Below, one piece after another: positions 1 to 8,068 of a stretch of 64,000 nt of DNA; position 1 is the stretch's first letter; every line of letters begins with the position of its first letter. The stretch covers positions 64,001 to 128,000 of IMG/VR virus record IMGVR_UViG_3300027917_000019; one strand, 5' to 3'. The notes beneath the pieces were generated by a model. The model ran no database searches, was not told where the DNA came from, and saw only the letters and a program-made list of their open reading frames with translations. The position numbers were made by a program, and so were the translations under genes. Source of the DNA: a virus.

Positions 1-1
1 C

Positions 2-667
2 ACCATTATTCAAGACAATAAGCCCGCTACGCAACGCCGTCTGGATTGTGAACAGTGTGGCGGTGTTGGCTGGCTTTGGAGAGACGCTAAGATTGTAAAA
101 GGATTGGTTACTAGTGTAGAGGCTGGTCGTAATCGTCAACTGCTGGAAATGGGGTACGCAGTACCAGGAGATGCTACGTTTTCTCCGTCTCTAAATGCGG
201 GGCAACTACACGACTTCGATAAGATCACTTTCCTTTATGCGGCCCCTGTGGGGGATGGCCAAATCATTATGCGCAACAGTGCAAACCTAGAGGACAACGG
301 TTTGCTCAAGCTAGGGTTGGAAGACAATGAAGACCGTCTGTGGTATGAGGCGGGCTGTGTGTTTTGGTGTGAAGATGAAAACGGTCGTGTATATCAACAG
401 AACACAGATTTCACTGTCAGCGGAAAAACCCTAAGTTGGGTCGGGGCTAAGCCCAGTGATGGGGTCTTCTATACTGTGAAGTATAATGCATACCTTGAGT
501 GGATTATCTACGCTACACCTATGACACGTTTTGATAGGAATCGTAAGCTGGGCCAGCGCGTACTTCTCAGGAAGGTTCATGTCGCCTATCAGAATGATTT
601 CGATTTCGACACCGCTGCAAAGAGACAAGCCCAAGAGGTTTCCTTCACAACCAAGACGACTATCTGA
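2..667 (+). CDS. Virion neck / head-completion protein (5'-truncated)
   Basis: The frame is open from position 2 (TIIQDNKPATQRRLDCEQCGGVGWLW..., CxxC), upstream of the track's TTG at 104. It lies just before the tail completion and sheath genes, as in SPO1/K-like phages. Confidence 0.6.
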   Translation, partial: TIIQDNKPATQRRLDCEQCGGVGWLWRDAKIVKGLVTSVEAGRNRQLLEMGYAVPGDATFSPSLNAGQLHDFDKITFLYAAPVGDGQIIMRNSANLEDNGLLKLGLEDNEDRLWYEAGCVFWCEDENGRVYQQNTDFTVSGKTLSWVGAKPSDGVFYTVKYNAYLEWIIYATPMTRFDRNRKLGQRVLLRKVHVAYQNDFDFDTAAKRQAQEVSFTTKTTI

Positions 668-1278
668 TGTCATTTGTTAGTTACAATGCAGGTCCTCAAC
701 CTTCTATTGAGGTAAGTGTTCCTGCCAAGCTTCTCAATATCGATAACTTCGATGCGAAGATGGAAGAGGCTATTTTTGAAGCAGCTATCGAGGCTAGGAA
801 TTTCTGGGAAACTACAGCAGGGCAGCGCCTCAACTCTAGTAGAACTAGGTATCAAGAAGCCATTGGTATGGAGCAGGTAAGTGACACGGAAGTGCACTTG
901 AAGCTTACTACTCCCTTTGCTGTGGCAATCGAAAATGGCTGGACGCAAGGAGACCAGAAGCCCGGCTTTTTGGCGTCCAGCAAGATTAAGGCGGGACCGG
1001 TTAGGAAGATTCCCCGAGCCATTGCCGCTAAGTTTCAGCATAATCGGCCTGCGTGTACAAAGTGGATGATCATCCCGTTGAACACACAACGAAAGTTTCC
1101 CATGGGACGTCCTGGAGCCTTCCGAACTTTTACAGACAAGCAGACGGGCATGTGGCCTACTAATGCCAAGACGCGCAAGGGTGTCTTCATCGCTAAGGAT
1201 GTCGCAGACGAGTTGGGAACCAACATTCTCCCTAAGCATATTGAGAAGGTTATCGATGAGTTGGTGAGTCAAAAATGA
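667..1278 (+). CDS. Putative neck / head-tail joining protein
   Basis: Basic 203-aa ORF coupled to the previous stop. Assigned from its position in the neck module. Confidence 0.5.
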   Translation: MSFVSYNAGPQPSIEVSVPAKLLNIDNFDAKMEEAIFEAAIEARNFWETTAGQRLNSSRTRYQEAIGMEQVSDTEVHLKLTTPFAVAIENGWTQGDQKPGFLASSKIKAGPVRKIPRAIAAKFQHNRPACTKWMIIPLNTQRKFPMGRPGAFRTFTDKQTGMWPTNAKTRKGVFIAKDVADELGTNILPKHIEKVIDELVSQK

Positions 1279-2330
1279 GTGTCATCCCTGAAATCATTCT
1301 ACATCGTGTCATTGTGCAAGGTTTGCGAGAAATCCGTCAGGATCCTCGTAGACTTGATACGTTGTTTAAGAACTTGGATCAGCGCACGCTCCAAGCGATG
1401 AAGGATACTATCCTCAAACAGAGCATCAACTTCACGATTAACTACCCCAGAAGTGACCTAAAGACCCCAACAATCGCTCTGCTTCTCAAGAGTGAACAGG
1501 AAGCGCAGACCTTTTTGGGAGACCTCATGGGGGCAGGTACGAACTACGGGATGCCCGATCAAGACCTTACGATTGACACGTTAGGGTCTCACGGGGCGTC
1601 CGAGTCTGGTTTGAGTGGGCTCCCATTCAAGGTAGCAGGCGGTCTGCAGTTTTCTGCACTTGAGTATGATCCGGTTAATGATATTACAACGGCAATCTTC
1701 ATTGAAGAACAACAAGAAGATTTAGCTGCTATTCTGGAACAATTCCCTGTGATTCCTAGCTTCGATGCCTACGTATCTGGAGGAACAGGCGCCGGTCAAG
1801 TTCATCGTATTTTAGAAATCGACAGTAATTCTCTTGACATAGAGGGGCAGTTCGATCCACAATTGGATAGTTCCAGCATAGTGGACGTTCGATCTACGGA
1901 TACCACAAGTCTGGCGGTTGGTGAGCCCTCTCGTGTTTACCCCGCTGGTGCCGTCAACTTGCTCCGTAAGGGAGCAAATTATGACACACAGTACCAGCTA
2001 TCGGTAATCGCTGGTCACCAAGACGAGGTCTTATACCTCTATTCAGTTCTGAAGGCCATCCTTTTCTCCCAGAAGATGTTCATGGAGGACCAAGGATTAA
2101 TGGCTTTGAAGATATCGGGCTCTGATTATGCCCCTCGTACGGAGTATCTTCCTACGGAGGTTTTTCAGAGAACGATGATTCTTCGCTTCACCTATCCCTT
2201 CAGTTTCTTGGAAGAGATTGATCTTCCGACAAGTATGGAAGTTACTGTCAATCCTAGGGACCCTAATACTCTTGAAGAGTGTGGGTCTGTATTGATTGAC
2301 ATCGAGTTTGACGAGGTTACTACAATCTAA
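1275..2330 (+). CDS. Putative tail terminator/completion protein with an inserted beta-domain
   Basis: ATGA overlap with the previous gene and position upstream of the sheath. The core (INYPRSDLKTPTIALLL...TEVFQRTMILRFTY) is interrupted by a GGTGAGQVHRI module. Confidence 0.55.
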   Translation: MSVIPEIILHRVIVQGLREIRQDPRRLDTLFKNLDQRTLQAMKDTILKQSINFTINYPRSDLKTPTIALLLKSEQEAQTFLGDLMGAGTNYGMPDQDLTIDTLGSHGASESGLSGLPFKVAGGLQFSALEYDPVNDITTAIFIEEQQEDLAAILEQFPVIPSFDAYVSGGTGAGQVHRILEIDSNSLDIEGQFDPQLDSSSIVDVRSTDTTSLAVGEPSRVYPAGAVNLLRKGANYDTQYQLSVIAGHQDEVLYLYSVLKAILFSQKMFMEDQGLMALKISGSDYAPRTEYLPTEVFQRTMILRFTYPFSFLEEIDLPTSMEVTVNPRDPNTLEECGSVLIDIEFDEVTTI

Positions 2331-2338
2331 GGGACGAT

Positions 2339-2563
2339 ATGTCTAAACGCACAAAGAACTACAACACTACAGAAGAAGTTACAGAAGAAGTTAAAGTACC
2401 CGTCAAGGTAGTACGTCGTCGCCACCGCAAGGTGAGCTTTGAACAGTGGGCACGCGCTCGTGGAGTAAAACAACACCACAAGGGGGGGCTAAAGGCGCAT
2501 GTTTCAAATCCCAACATTCCCAGATCTTATGAAGACTGGGACCTAGTTTTCGCTGACTACTGA
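2339..2563 (+). CDS. Small hypothetical protein preceding the sheath
   Basis: 74 aa with an AAGGGA RBS. It fills the gap where K-like phages carry a small pre-sheath gene. Confidence 0.6.
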   Translation: MSKRTKNYNTTEEVTEEVKVPVKVVRRRHRKVSFEQWARARGVKQHHKGGLKAHVSNPNIPRSYEDWDLVFADY

Positions 2564-2580
2564 TGCCAGGAGTCCAATAA

Positions 2581-4947
2581 ATGAGTCGCTCAGTCACTTT
2601 TAACGGTATTACAAGGTTCCGTCCTGGTGGAATTACCAAGGTCAATGCGGACGCATTGAACCAAGTTGGTATTTCAGCAGCTAGCGTTGTTGGACTTATT
2701 GGTGAGTCTGACGGCGGGGCCCCTGGTTCTGTCAGTGGTCTCATCTCCCTTCGCGATCCTTCTGAAGCTGCCAGCTTGTTCCGTGCGGGGCCGCTAGTAG
2801 ACGCTATCCGTTTGGCTTTCCAATCTTCTGGAGATCCAGACATCCCGGGTGGTGCAGCAGAAGTTGTTATCTATAAGGCTAATGCTTCTACACAAAGCTC
2901 TATTCATGTTCCGGACCCTGCAGGTACCCTTCTTTCAGACACCGCAGCGGGTACTGGATCTACTACAGTTATCGACTTGGTTACCAGTAGTGCACTTGTA
3001 GTAGATTCTCTTGCCGGCCGTTGGGTAGACGTTACTCTCGCAGGTCTCCCCGGATCCCCCACTGTTCGTAGACGAATTGTTTCTAACACAGTTGACTCTC
3101 TTACAGTCACTCCGGCAATGCCTGCAACTGCTACAGCTGCCGACGTAGTAATTGTCCGTCCAACCCTCTTTGAGCTAACCTCTGTTGATTATGGTGCTCA
3201 CACAGAAGGGCTTGAAGTAGACGTTACACGCAACGACACTTCTGGAGCGTATCAGGTTACGGTTTCTTTTGAGGGAGAAGATCAAGTTTCTGAAAGCCTC
3301 GGTGGTCAGAACTTCCTCCAGCTTTACTATCGTGGTGGTCCAAACGACGTTGCTCAGACGACTATCACAACTCCAGGTACTATTACCGCTACGTTCTTTG
3401 ATGTAGCTGCAACACTCATTGCTGCGGCCCATGATGATATGAGTGTCATTGTCACCAACCCTGCTACTGGGAACTTTGAACAGCATAGGATTTCTACCAA
3501 CGGCGTAGGAGATGTGACCTTGGCTGCCCCGGGGTTCTCTGCAGACTTCCTAGCAGAAATTCAGGCAGCTACCGGGGCTACTGTCACAGTAGACATCATC
3601 TCAGTGACTGATGCAACGGCTCAGATTACCGGCGCAAGTGGTGTGGCTACTGCACTAGTCAGCACAATTACTGGAGTAGCTGGAGACAACCTTTCCCTTA
3701 CCATTTCTGCAACGGAGACCGTGCAGTCTCTAGTTGATCGAATCAACCAGAACAGTAACTATCTTGCTGTAGTTCCTAGTGGTATCAATGCTCAGACTTC
3801 GCTAGCTTCGGCGTTTGACTTCGGAGTTGCTGCAATCAACATCCAGAGAAGTATCGCTGTGAACGGCGGCCTCGGATTTAGACAAGACCTCGCACAAGTT
3901 GTTGCTTGGTTTAACGACTACTCAGAGAAGCTCGACGCTGTTAGGTATACAGTAGACACCACAGATGGTGCTTTCCTGCCCGCTACGGCTGCGCTCATCG
4001 ATGCTCTTTTCCTTGAGCCGTTCTCTCTTGTAGGTGGTGCGCGAGGAGCGTCTTCTAACTCTTCGTGGCAGAGCGGGTTTGACGCCATGCTCTTGCGTAG
4101 AGTGGATAATGTCGTTCCTCTAATCGATGAAGACCTTGTTAATGAGGGTCTTGGTTCTACTGCAACATGGGCTTCCGTAGCTGCACAGCTTGCAGACCAT
4201 GTATCCCTTGGACGCGGCGCCGCTGGCCTTGAGCGTGGTGGTTATGTTGGGTTCCAGGGCACTAAGTCTGAGATTATTGCTGCAGCCAACTCTATCAACG
4301 ACCAGGATGTTCAGCTAGTTGCACAGAACCCCACAGTCCTTGACGCCACTGGTACTCTTGTGGAGCAGGGACCCAGGCAGCTTGCTGTTATGGCTGCATC
4401 TATGAGGTCTGGAGTTCAGGAGATTGGTGAGCCTCTTACTTTCAAGTTCTTGAGAGTATCTGGTCTTACTCAGGATGCTTCATGGGATCCTCGTGATCTA
4501 ACAGACTCAGCAGACTTGATCATCGCTGGTGTTCTCTTTGCAGAAACAGTTCCTGGTCAGGGTACACGCTGGGTCAGAGACCTCACCACTTGGGTAAAGG
4601 ACGACAACCTCGCATACTCAGAGGGCTCTGTTCGTTCTGTAGTTCGCGCTGTAACGTATCAGCTTCGCACACTTCTTGAAGAGCGTTTCACTGGTAAGAA
4701 GGCAGTGCCTGCAACTATTAATGCTGTAAAGGATACAGCTACTACACTTTTGGAGTCTTTTAGACAAGACAACGTCATTGTAGATAGTAAGGATCCTACG
4801 ACGGGTGCGACTATTCGTGCTTATCACAATATGAAAGTGTATACTTCTGGAGATGTCCTCAAGCTGAATGTTGGCATCTTCCCTGTACCTGGAATCAACT
4901 TCCAGCTTTCCGAGATTTTCCTCCAGCTCCCGACTCAGTCGGCATAA
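2581..4947 (+). CDS. Tail sheath protein
   Basis: The N-terminus (RPGGITKV..GLIGESDGGAPG..LFRAGPLVDAIRLAF) and C-terminus (GEPLTFKFL..SEGSVR..FTGKK..PVPGINF) resemble phage K/SPO1-type sheaths. AGGAG RBS. Confidence 0.92.
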   Translation: MSRSVTFNGITRFRPGGITKVNADALNQVGISAASVVGLIGESDGGAPGSVSGLISLRDPSEAASLFRAGPLVDAIRLAFQSSGDPDIPGGAAEVVIYKANASTQSSIHVPDPAGTLLSDTAAGTGSTTVIDLVTSSALVVDSLAGRWVDVTLAGLPGSPTVRRRIVSNTVDSLTVTPAMPATATAADVVIVRPTLFELTSVDYGAHTEGLEVDVTRNDTSGAYQVTVSFEGEDQVSESLGGQNFLQLYYRGGPNDVAQTTITTPGTITATFFDVAATLIAAAHDDMSVIVTNPATGNFEQHRISTNGVGDVTLAAPGFSADFLAEIQAATGATVTVDIISVTDATAQITGASGVATALVSTITGVAGDNLSLTISATETVQSLVDRINQNSNYLAVVPSGINAQTSLASAFDFGVAAINIQRSIAVNGGLGFRQDLAQVVAWFNDYSEKLDAVRYTVDTTDGAFLPATAALIDALFLEPFSLVGGARGASSNSSWQSGFDAMLLRRVDNVVPLIDEDLVNEGLGSTATWASVAAQLADHVSLGRGAAGLERGGYVGFQGTKSEIIAAANSINDQDVQLVAQNPTVLDATGTLVEQGPRQLAVMAASMRSGVQEIGEPLTFKFLRVSGLTQDASWDPRDLTDSADLIIAGVLFAETVPGQGTRWVRDLTTWVKDDNLAYSEGSVRSVVRAVTYQLRTLLEERFTGKKAVPATINAVKDTATTLLESFRQDNVIVDSKDPTTGATIRAYHNMKVYTSGDVLKLNVGIFPVPGINFQLSEIFLQLPTQSA

Positions 4948-4969
4948 GTGATTTTCTAAGGAGAAATTG

Positions 4970-6601
4970 ATGCCTGCCCTTCCTTCCGTTGTTACTACAT
5001 TCTTGACAAGACTCAAGAGTTCTCTAAGTCAGGGATCTGATCTTGGCTCGAACGTTCGTGGAGCCGCTCAGAATTACCTCCTTGCGCAGGACCTTGCTGC
5101 TGCTTTGGACCTTCTTCAGGATGCCATGGATCAGTCTACTCCCCTAACGGTAGTAGACGGAACCACCTCATCCCTACAGGATGGTGTACAGGCGACCGGG
5201 TCTCTCACCTTTACTGGTTTGGCAATCGATGGTCAAACAGTGACCATCGGCACCAAGGTATATACTTGGCAGAATACTCTCACAGACGTGGATGGTAATG
5301 TTCTGGTTGGTGGAACCGCTGCTGCTTGTGTTACCAACCTTGTAAATGCCATTAACTTGGGTGCAGGTGCCGGTACAACATACGCTGCATCTATGACGGC
5401 TCACCCGTCTGTTACAGCAATCGACGACACTGGTGATGTAGTAACCGTTACAGCTATCACTTCAGGTGTTGCTGGTAATGCTATTGCGACCACTGAAAAT
5501 GGTACGAACATGTCTTGGGGCGCAGCAACCTTGACAGGCGGTGTTGACGCCTTCGGTCCTGAGGAGCTTGCTGGGCACGTAGTGGTCTTTGGAGCCGCTA
5601 CTACCACAGTTGCTCTTCGTGGAGTTGAAGCACGCATTAAGACCAGCACCCCTGCAGGACTCACCTTTGAGAGTGCACTTCCGGCTACGCCTGTAGCTGG
5701 TGATACTTACACCATTCGTGGTGGTTGGTTCGACTCTCATCTGGCCGAGTTGCGTCAGGGTCAGGGAGTTGCAGACGCACCGCGTGGCAGTGTCTACGGC
5801 ACTTATAGAGTTGCTGTAGATGCCCTCGTTACGGCTCTCCGCAGGCGCGGTACTCACGCCAGCCAGACTCTCACGTTCTCAGGACTCGCTGTTGACACAC
5901 AGACTGTGGTAATCGGGTCTAAGACCTACACTTGGCAGGATACTCTTACCGACTCGGATGGTAACGTCCTAATTGGCGGAACTGCAGAAGCGTGCATTGA
6001 TAACCTTGTAGCAGCTATTACCCTCGGCGCGGGTGCTGGTACAGTGTATGCCGCATCTATGACGTTGCATCCAACAGCAACGGCAGAAAAGACTTCTGCA
6101 ACTACGATGCTTGCCCGTGCAAAGTTGGTAGGACCGAACGGTGATGACATCGCTACTACCGAAACGGGTACTAACACAGCTTGGGGCGCAGCAACCATGG
6201 CTGGCGGCGCAGCCGGCGGTTCTGGTGTAGTTGCTGAGCGTACGATTAGTCGTCCTGGATTGCAGACTGCTGCTGGGTCTACCACTACTGTTGTGGTTTT
6301 GGACCAGCAGGGTGGCGGCGATTTCCGCATCGATCAGTTCCGAGGAATGAAGATTGTTGTGGGCGCAGAAGCTCCGCGCATCATCTCTTCCAGTAACGAG
6401 ACCTCTGTTACTGTAGCTCCTCCCCTTTCTGGAGCACCTGCAGCTTCTACAGCAGTTACTATTACTGTTCCTGTAGACGATGTTGGCAGTTCCTCTCACC
6501 TTCGTGTTCACCCTGGCGCACAACCGGGCGAAAACGCAGTACTCTCAGATTTGCTTGATCAGCTGGAAACCATTGTGGAATCCTACGTTCTTCCGGTCTG
6601 A
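4970..6601 (+). CDS. Sheath-associated/decoration protein with duplicated beta-sandwich domains
   Basis: AAGGAG RBS and ATG at 4970. Thr/Gly/Ala-rich, with two 118-aa internal repeats. Lies between sheath and tube. Confidence 0.65.
   Translation: MPALPSVVTTFLTRLKSSLSQGSDLGSNVRGAAQNYLLAQDLAAALDLLQDAMDQSTPLTVVDGTTSSLQDGVQATGSLTFTGLAIDGQTVTIGTKVYTWQNTLTDVDGNVLVGGTAAACVTNLVNAINLGAGAGTTYAASMTAHPSVTAIDDTGDVVTVTAITSGVAGNAIATTENGTNMSWGAATLTGGVDAFGPEELAGHVVVFGAATTTVALRGVEARIKTSTPAGLTFESALPATPVAGDTYTIRGGWFDSHLAELRQGQGVADAPRGSVYGTYRVAVDALVTALRRRGTHASQTLTFSGLAVDTQTVVIGSKTYTWQDTLTDSDGNVLIGGTAEACIDNLVAAITLGAGAGTVYAASMTLHPTATAEKTSATTMLARAKLVGPNGDDIATTETGTNTAWGAATMAGGAAGGSGVVAERTISRPGLQTAAGSTTTVVVLDQQGGGDFRIDQFRGMKIVVGAEAPRIISSSNETSVTVAPPLSGAPAASTAVTITVPVDDVGSSSHLRVHPGAQPGENAVLSDLLDQLETIVESYVLPV
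5189..6208 (+). repeat. Intragenic duplication (5189-5542 and 5855-6208, 354 nt each)
   Basis: LTFTGLAIDGQTVTIGTKVYTWQNTLTDVDGNVLVGGTA..LGAGAGTTYAASMTAHP versus LTFSGLAVDTQTVVIGSKTYTWQDTLTDSDGNVLIGGTA..LGAGAGTVYAASMTLHP. Confidence 0.9.
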
Positions 6602-6609
6602 GTGATTAT

Positions 6610-6661
6610 GGACAGGGGAGGGGCGTAGTGTCGTCCCCTCCACTAGCCCCTTTCCCTGTCC
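6610..6661 (+). terminator. GC-rich stem-loop (terminator, processing site or switch) upstream of the tail tube gene
   Basis: GGACAGGGGAGGGGC-G-TAGTG pairs with CACTA-GCCCCTTTCCCTGTCC. There is no clean U-tract after the stem. Confidence 0.55.
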
Positions 6662-6673
6662 CCCTAATTACGC

Positions 6674-6679
6674 TATAAT
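6674..6679 (+). promoter_or_regulatory. -10 box (TATAAT) upstream of the tail tube gene
   Basis: Perfect TATAAT followed by AGGAG (6686-6690) and ATG 6697. The -35 match is weak. Confidence 0.5.
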
Positions 6680-6696
6680 CCTCTCAGGAGTATTTG

Positions 6697-7128
6697 ATGG
6701 CTTCCAAAACCTTTAGTGGCGCAAGAGCGATTTTCCTAATCGACGCGGTTCCGATTGCATTCGCAGGCGGGGTTAGTGGCGAAGAGATGATCGACTATGA
6801 GCCGATCGACGTCCTGAATCTCCTTGAGGTGAAGGAATTTGTACCCACCTCTTATAGAGCGTCTCTAAATGCACAGATTTTCCGCGTGGTTGGAGAATCT
6901 CTCAAGAAGCTTGGCATCTTGCCGAGACAAGAAGACATCATCTCCTCAGGTGATCTTGAGGCGGCGATTCAAGATGATGCCCGTGTAGCTACGGGAAATA
7001 CTGTTGCGTTGTTCCAGGGCGTTCGTTGCTCCGGACACACGTTCGATGTTACTGCTCGTGGTATTGTTCAGGACAATGTAAGCTTCGTTGCTATCCGCGT
7101 CCTTGACGAATTTGAAAACCCGGTCTGA
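6697..7128 (+). CDS. Tail tube protein
   Basis: 143 aa after the sheath, with K/SPO1-like tube features (KTFSGARA..YEPIDVLN..EFVP..C..ARGIV.DNVSF.AI). Confidence 0.88.
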   Translation: MASKTFSGARAIFLIDAVPIAFAGGVSGEEMIDYEPIDVLNLLEVKEFVPTSYRASLNAQIFRVVGESLKKLGILPRQEDIISSGDLEAAIQDDARVATGNTVALFQGVRCSGHTFDVTARGIVQDNVSFVAIRVLDEFENPV

Positions 7129-7146
7129 TAGATTGGGAGGGGATTT

Positions 7147-7686
7147 ATGACACAACCTAAAAAGCTTCCTGTAAAGAATGGTATAACTGCTCGTCAAAAG
7201 TTGCTTAAGACTTTTTCTATAGACTACACATCTCCTATTGATGATGTGCGTTATGTAGGAAAGTTTACTACGCGAAAGTTGACTATTGCCGACATGGCCA
7301 CCCTTGGAGTGCGTAAGGCTCAACTCAATGGTGGTATGCATCACGACAGCTCAAATCCGGGTATGGGAGTAGATAGTAGCACTGATGATTTCAATGCGAT
7401 GATCTCTCATCTTGATCTAGCTCTAGAAGAAACTCCCGTATGGTGGGATTTGGAGAAGATCACAGACTCTGATTTGGTTGCGCTGATCTTTGAGGAGGTG
7501 GTCGCTCACGAGAACTCCTTTTTTAGACCCAGAAGGGAACGAAGTGAATCTGGCGTCGTCGGAGAACAAAATGACGATGTGGGAGTTGGCGAAGGAGTGG
7601 GCGAGGGTGATCAAGCGCAAGCCGGAGCCGGTGGAAGCGCTGGCTCGGTGGTGGACGAAGAAGTTCAAGCTGCCTTGGAACCATGA
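7147..7686 (+). CDS. Tail assembly chaperone (gpG-like)
   Basis: Lies between tube and tape measure. Conserved-looking core up to ..P.WWD..NSFFR, then a low-complexity acidic tail. Confidence 0.75.
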   Translation: MTQPKKLPVKNGITARQKLLKTFSIDYTSPIDDVRYVGKFTTRKLTIADMATLGVRKAQLNGGMHHDSSNPGMGVDSSTDDFNAMISHLDLALEETPVWWDLEKITDSDLVALIFEEVVAHENSFFRPRRERSESGVVGEQNDDVGVGEGVGEGDQAQAGAGGSAGSVVDEEVQAALEP

Positions 7687-8068
7687 TCTATTTCAAGAGA
7701 GAAATATGCTCGACCTCATGGTTGAGTATTGGCTCGACAGGTTCGATGAGTCTCCTCTTGAAGTACACCGCAACGCAGACGGCTTCATTCAGTTGAAGGA
7801 TACTGGCGATCCTCTCATCGATAAATGGGAAGAGAAGATTGCTCAGGGTGATGAACCGGATCTTTGGGAAGCTTTCAGTCCTGAAGCGAGGGAACAACTG
7901 AACCGTGCACGTGCGAGAGCTTCTAAAATACAAGCTCAAGGTGGGTATACAATTGCCGACGCTATGGAGCGCGTTGGGCGTGAGGCTCGCGCACAAGGTC
8001 TCGACGATCCCTCAAGACACACTCAGCGCCCCTATAGGTTGGATACCTTTGGAGATGGCACAGATTAA
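7490..8068 (+). CDS. Tail assembly chaperone extension (gpT-like); frameshift product or ATG 7571 start
   Basis: Overlaps the previous ORF in the +1 frame across TCC-TTT-TTT-AGA and ends at the tape measure ATG. WWTKKFKLP-type motif. Confidence 0.7.
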   Translation: MRRWSLTRTPFLDPEGNEVNLASSENKMTMWELAKEWARVIKRKPEPVEALARWWTKKFKLPWNHDLFQERNMLDLMVEYWLDRFDESPLEVHRNADGFIQLKDTGDPLIDKWEEKIAQGDEPDLWEAFSPEAREQLNRARARASKIQAQGGYTIADAMERVGREARAQGLDDPSRHTQRPYRLDTFGDGTD

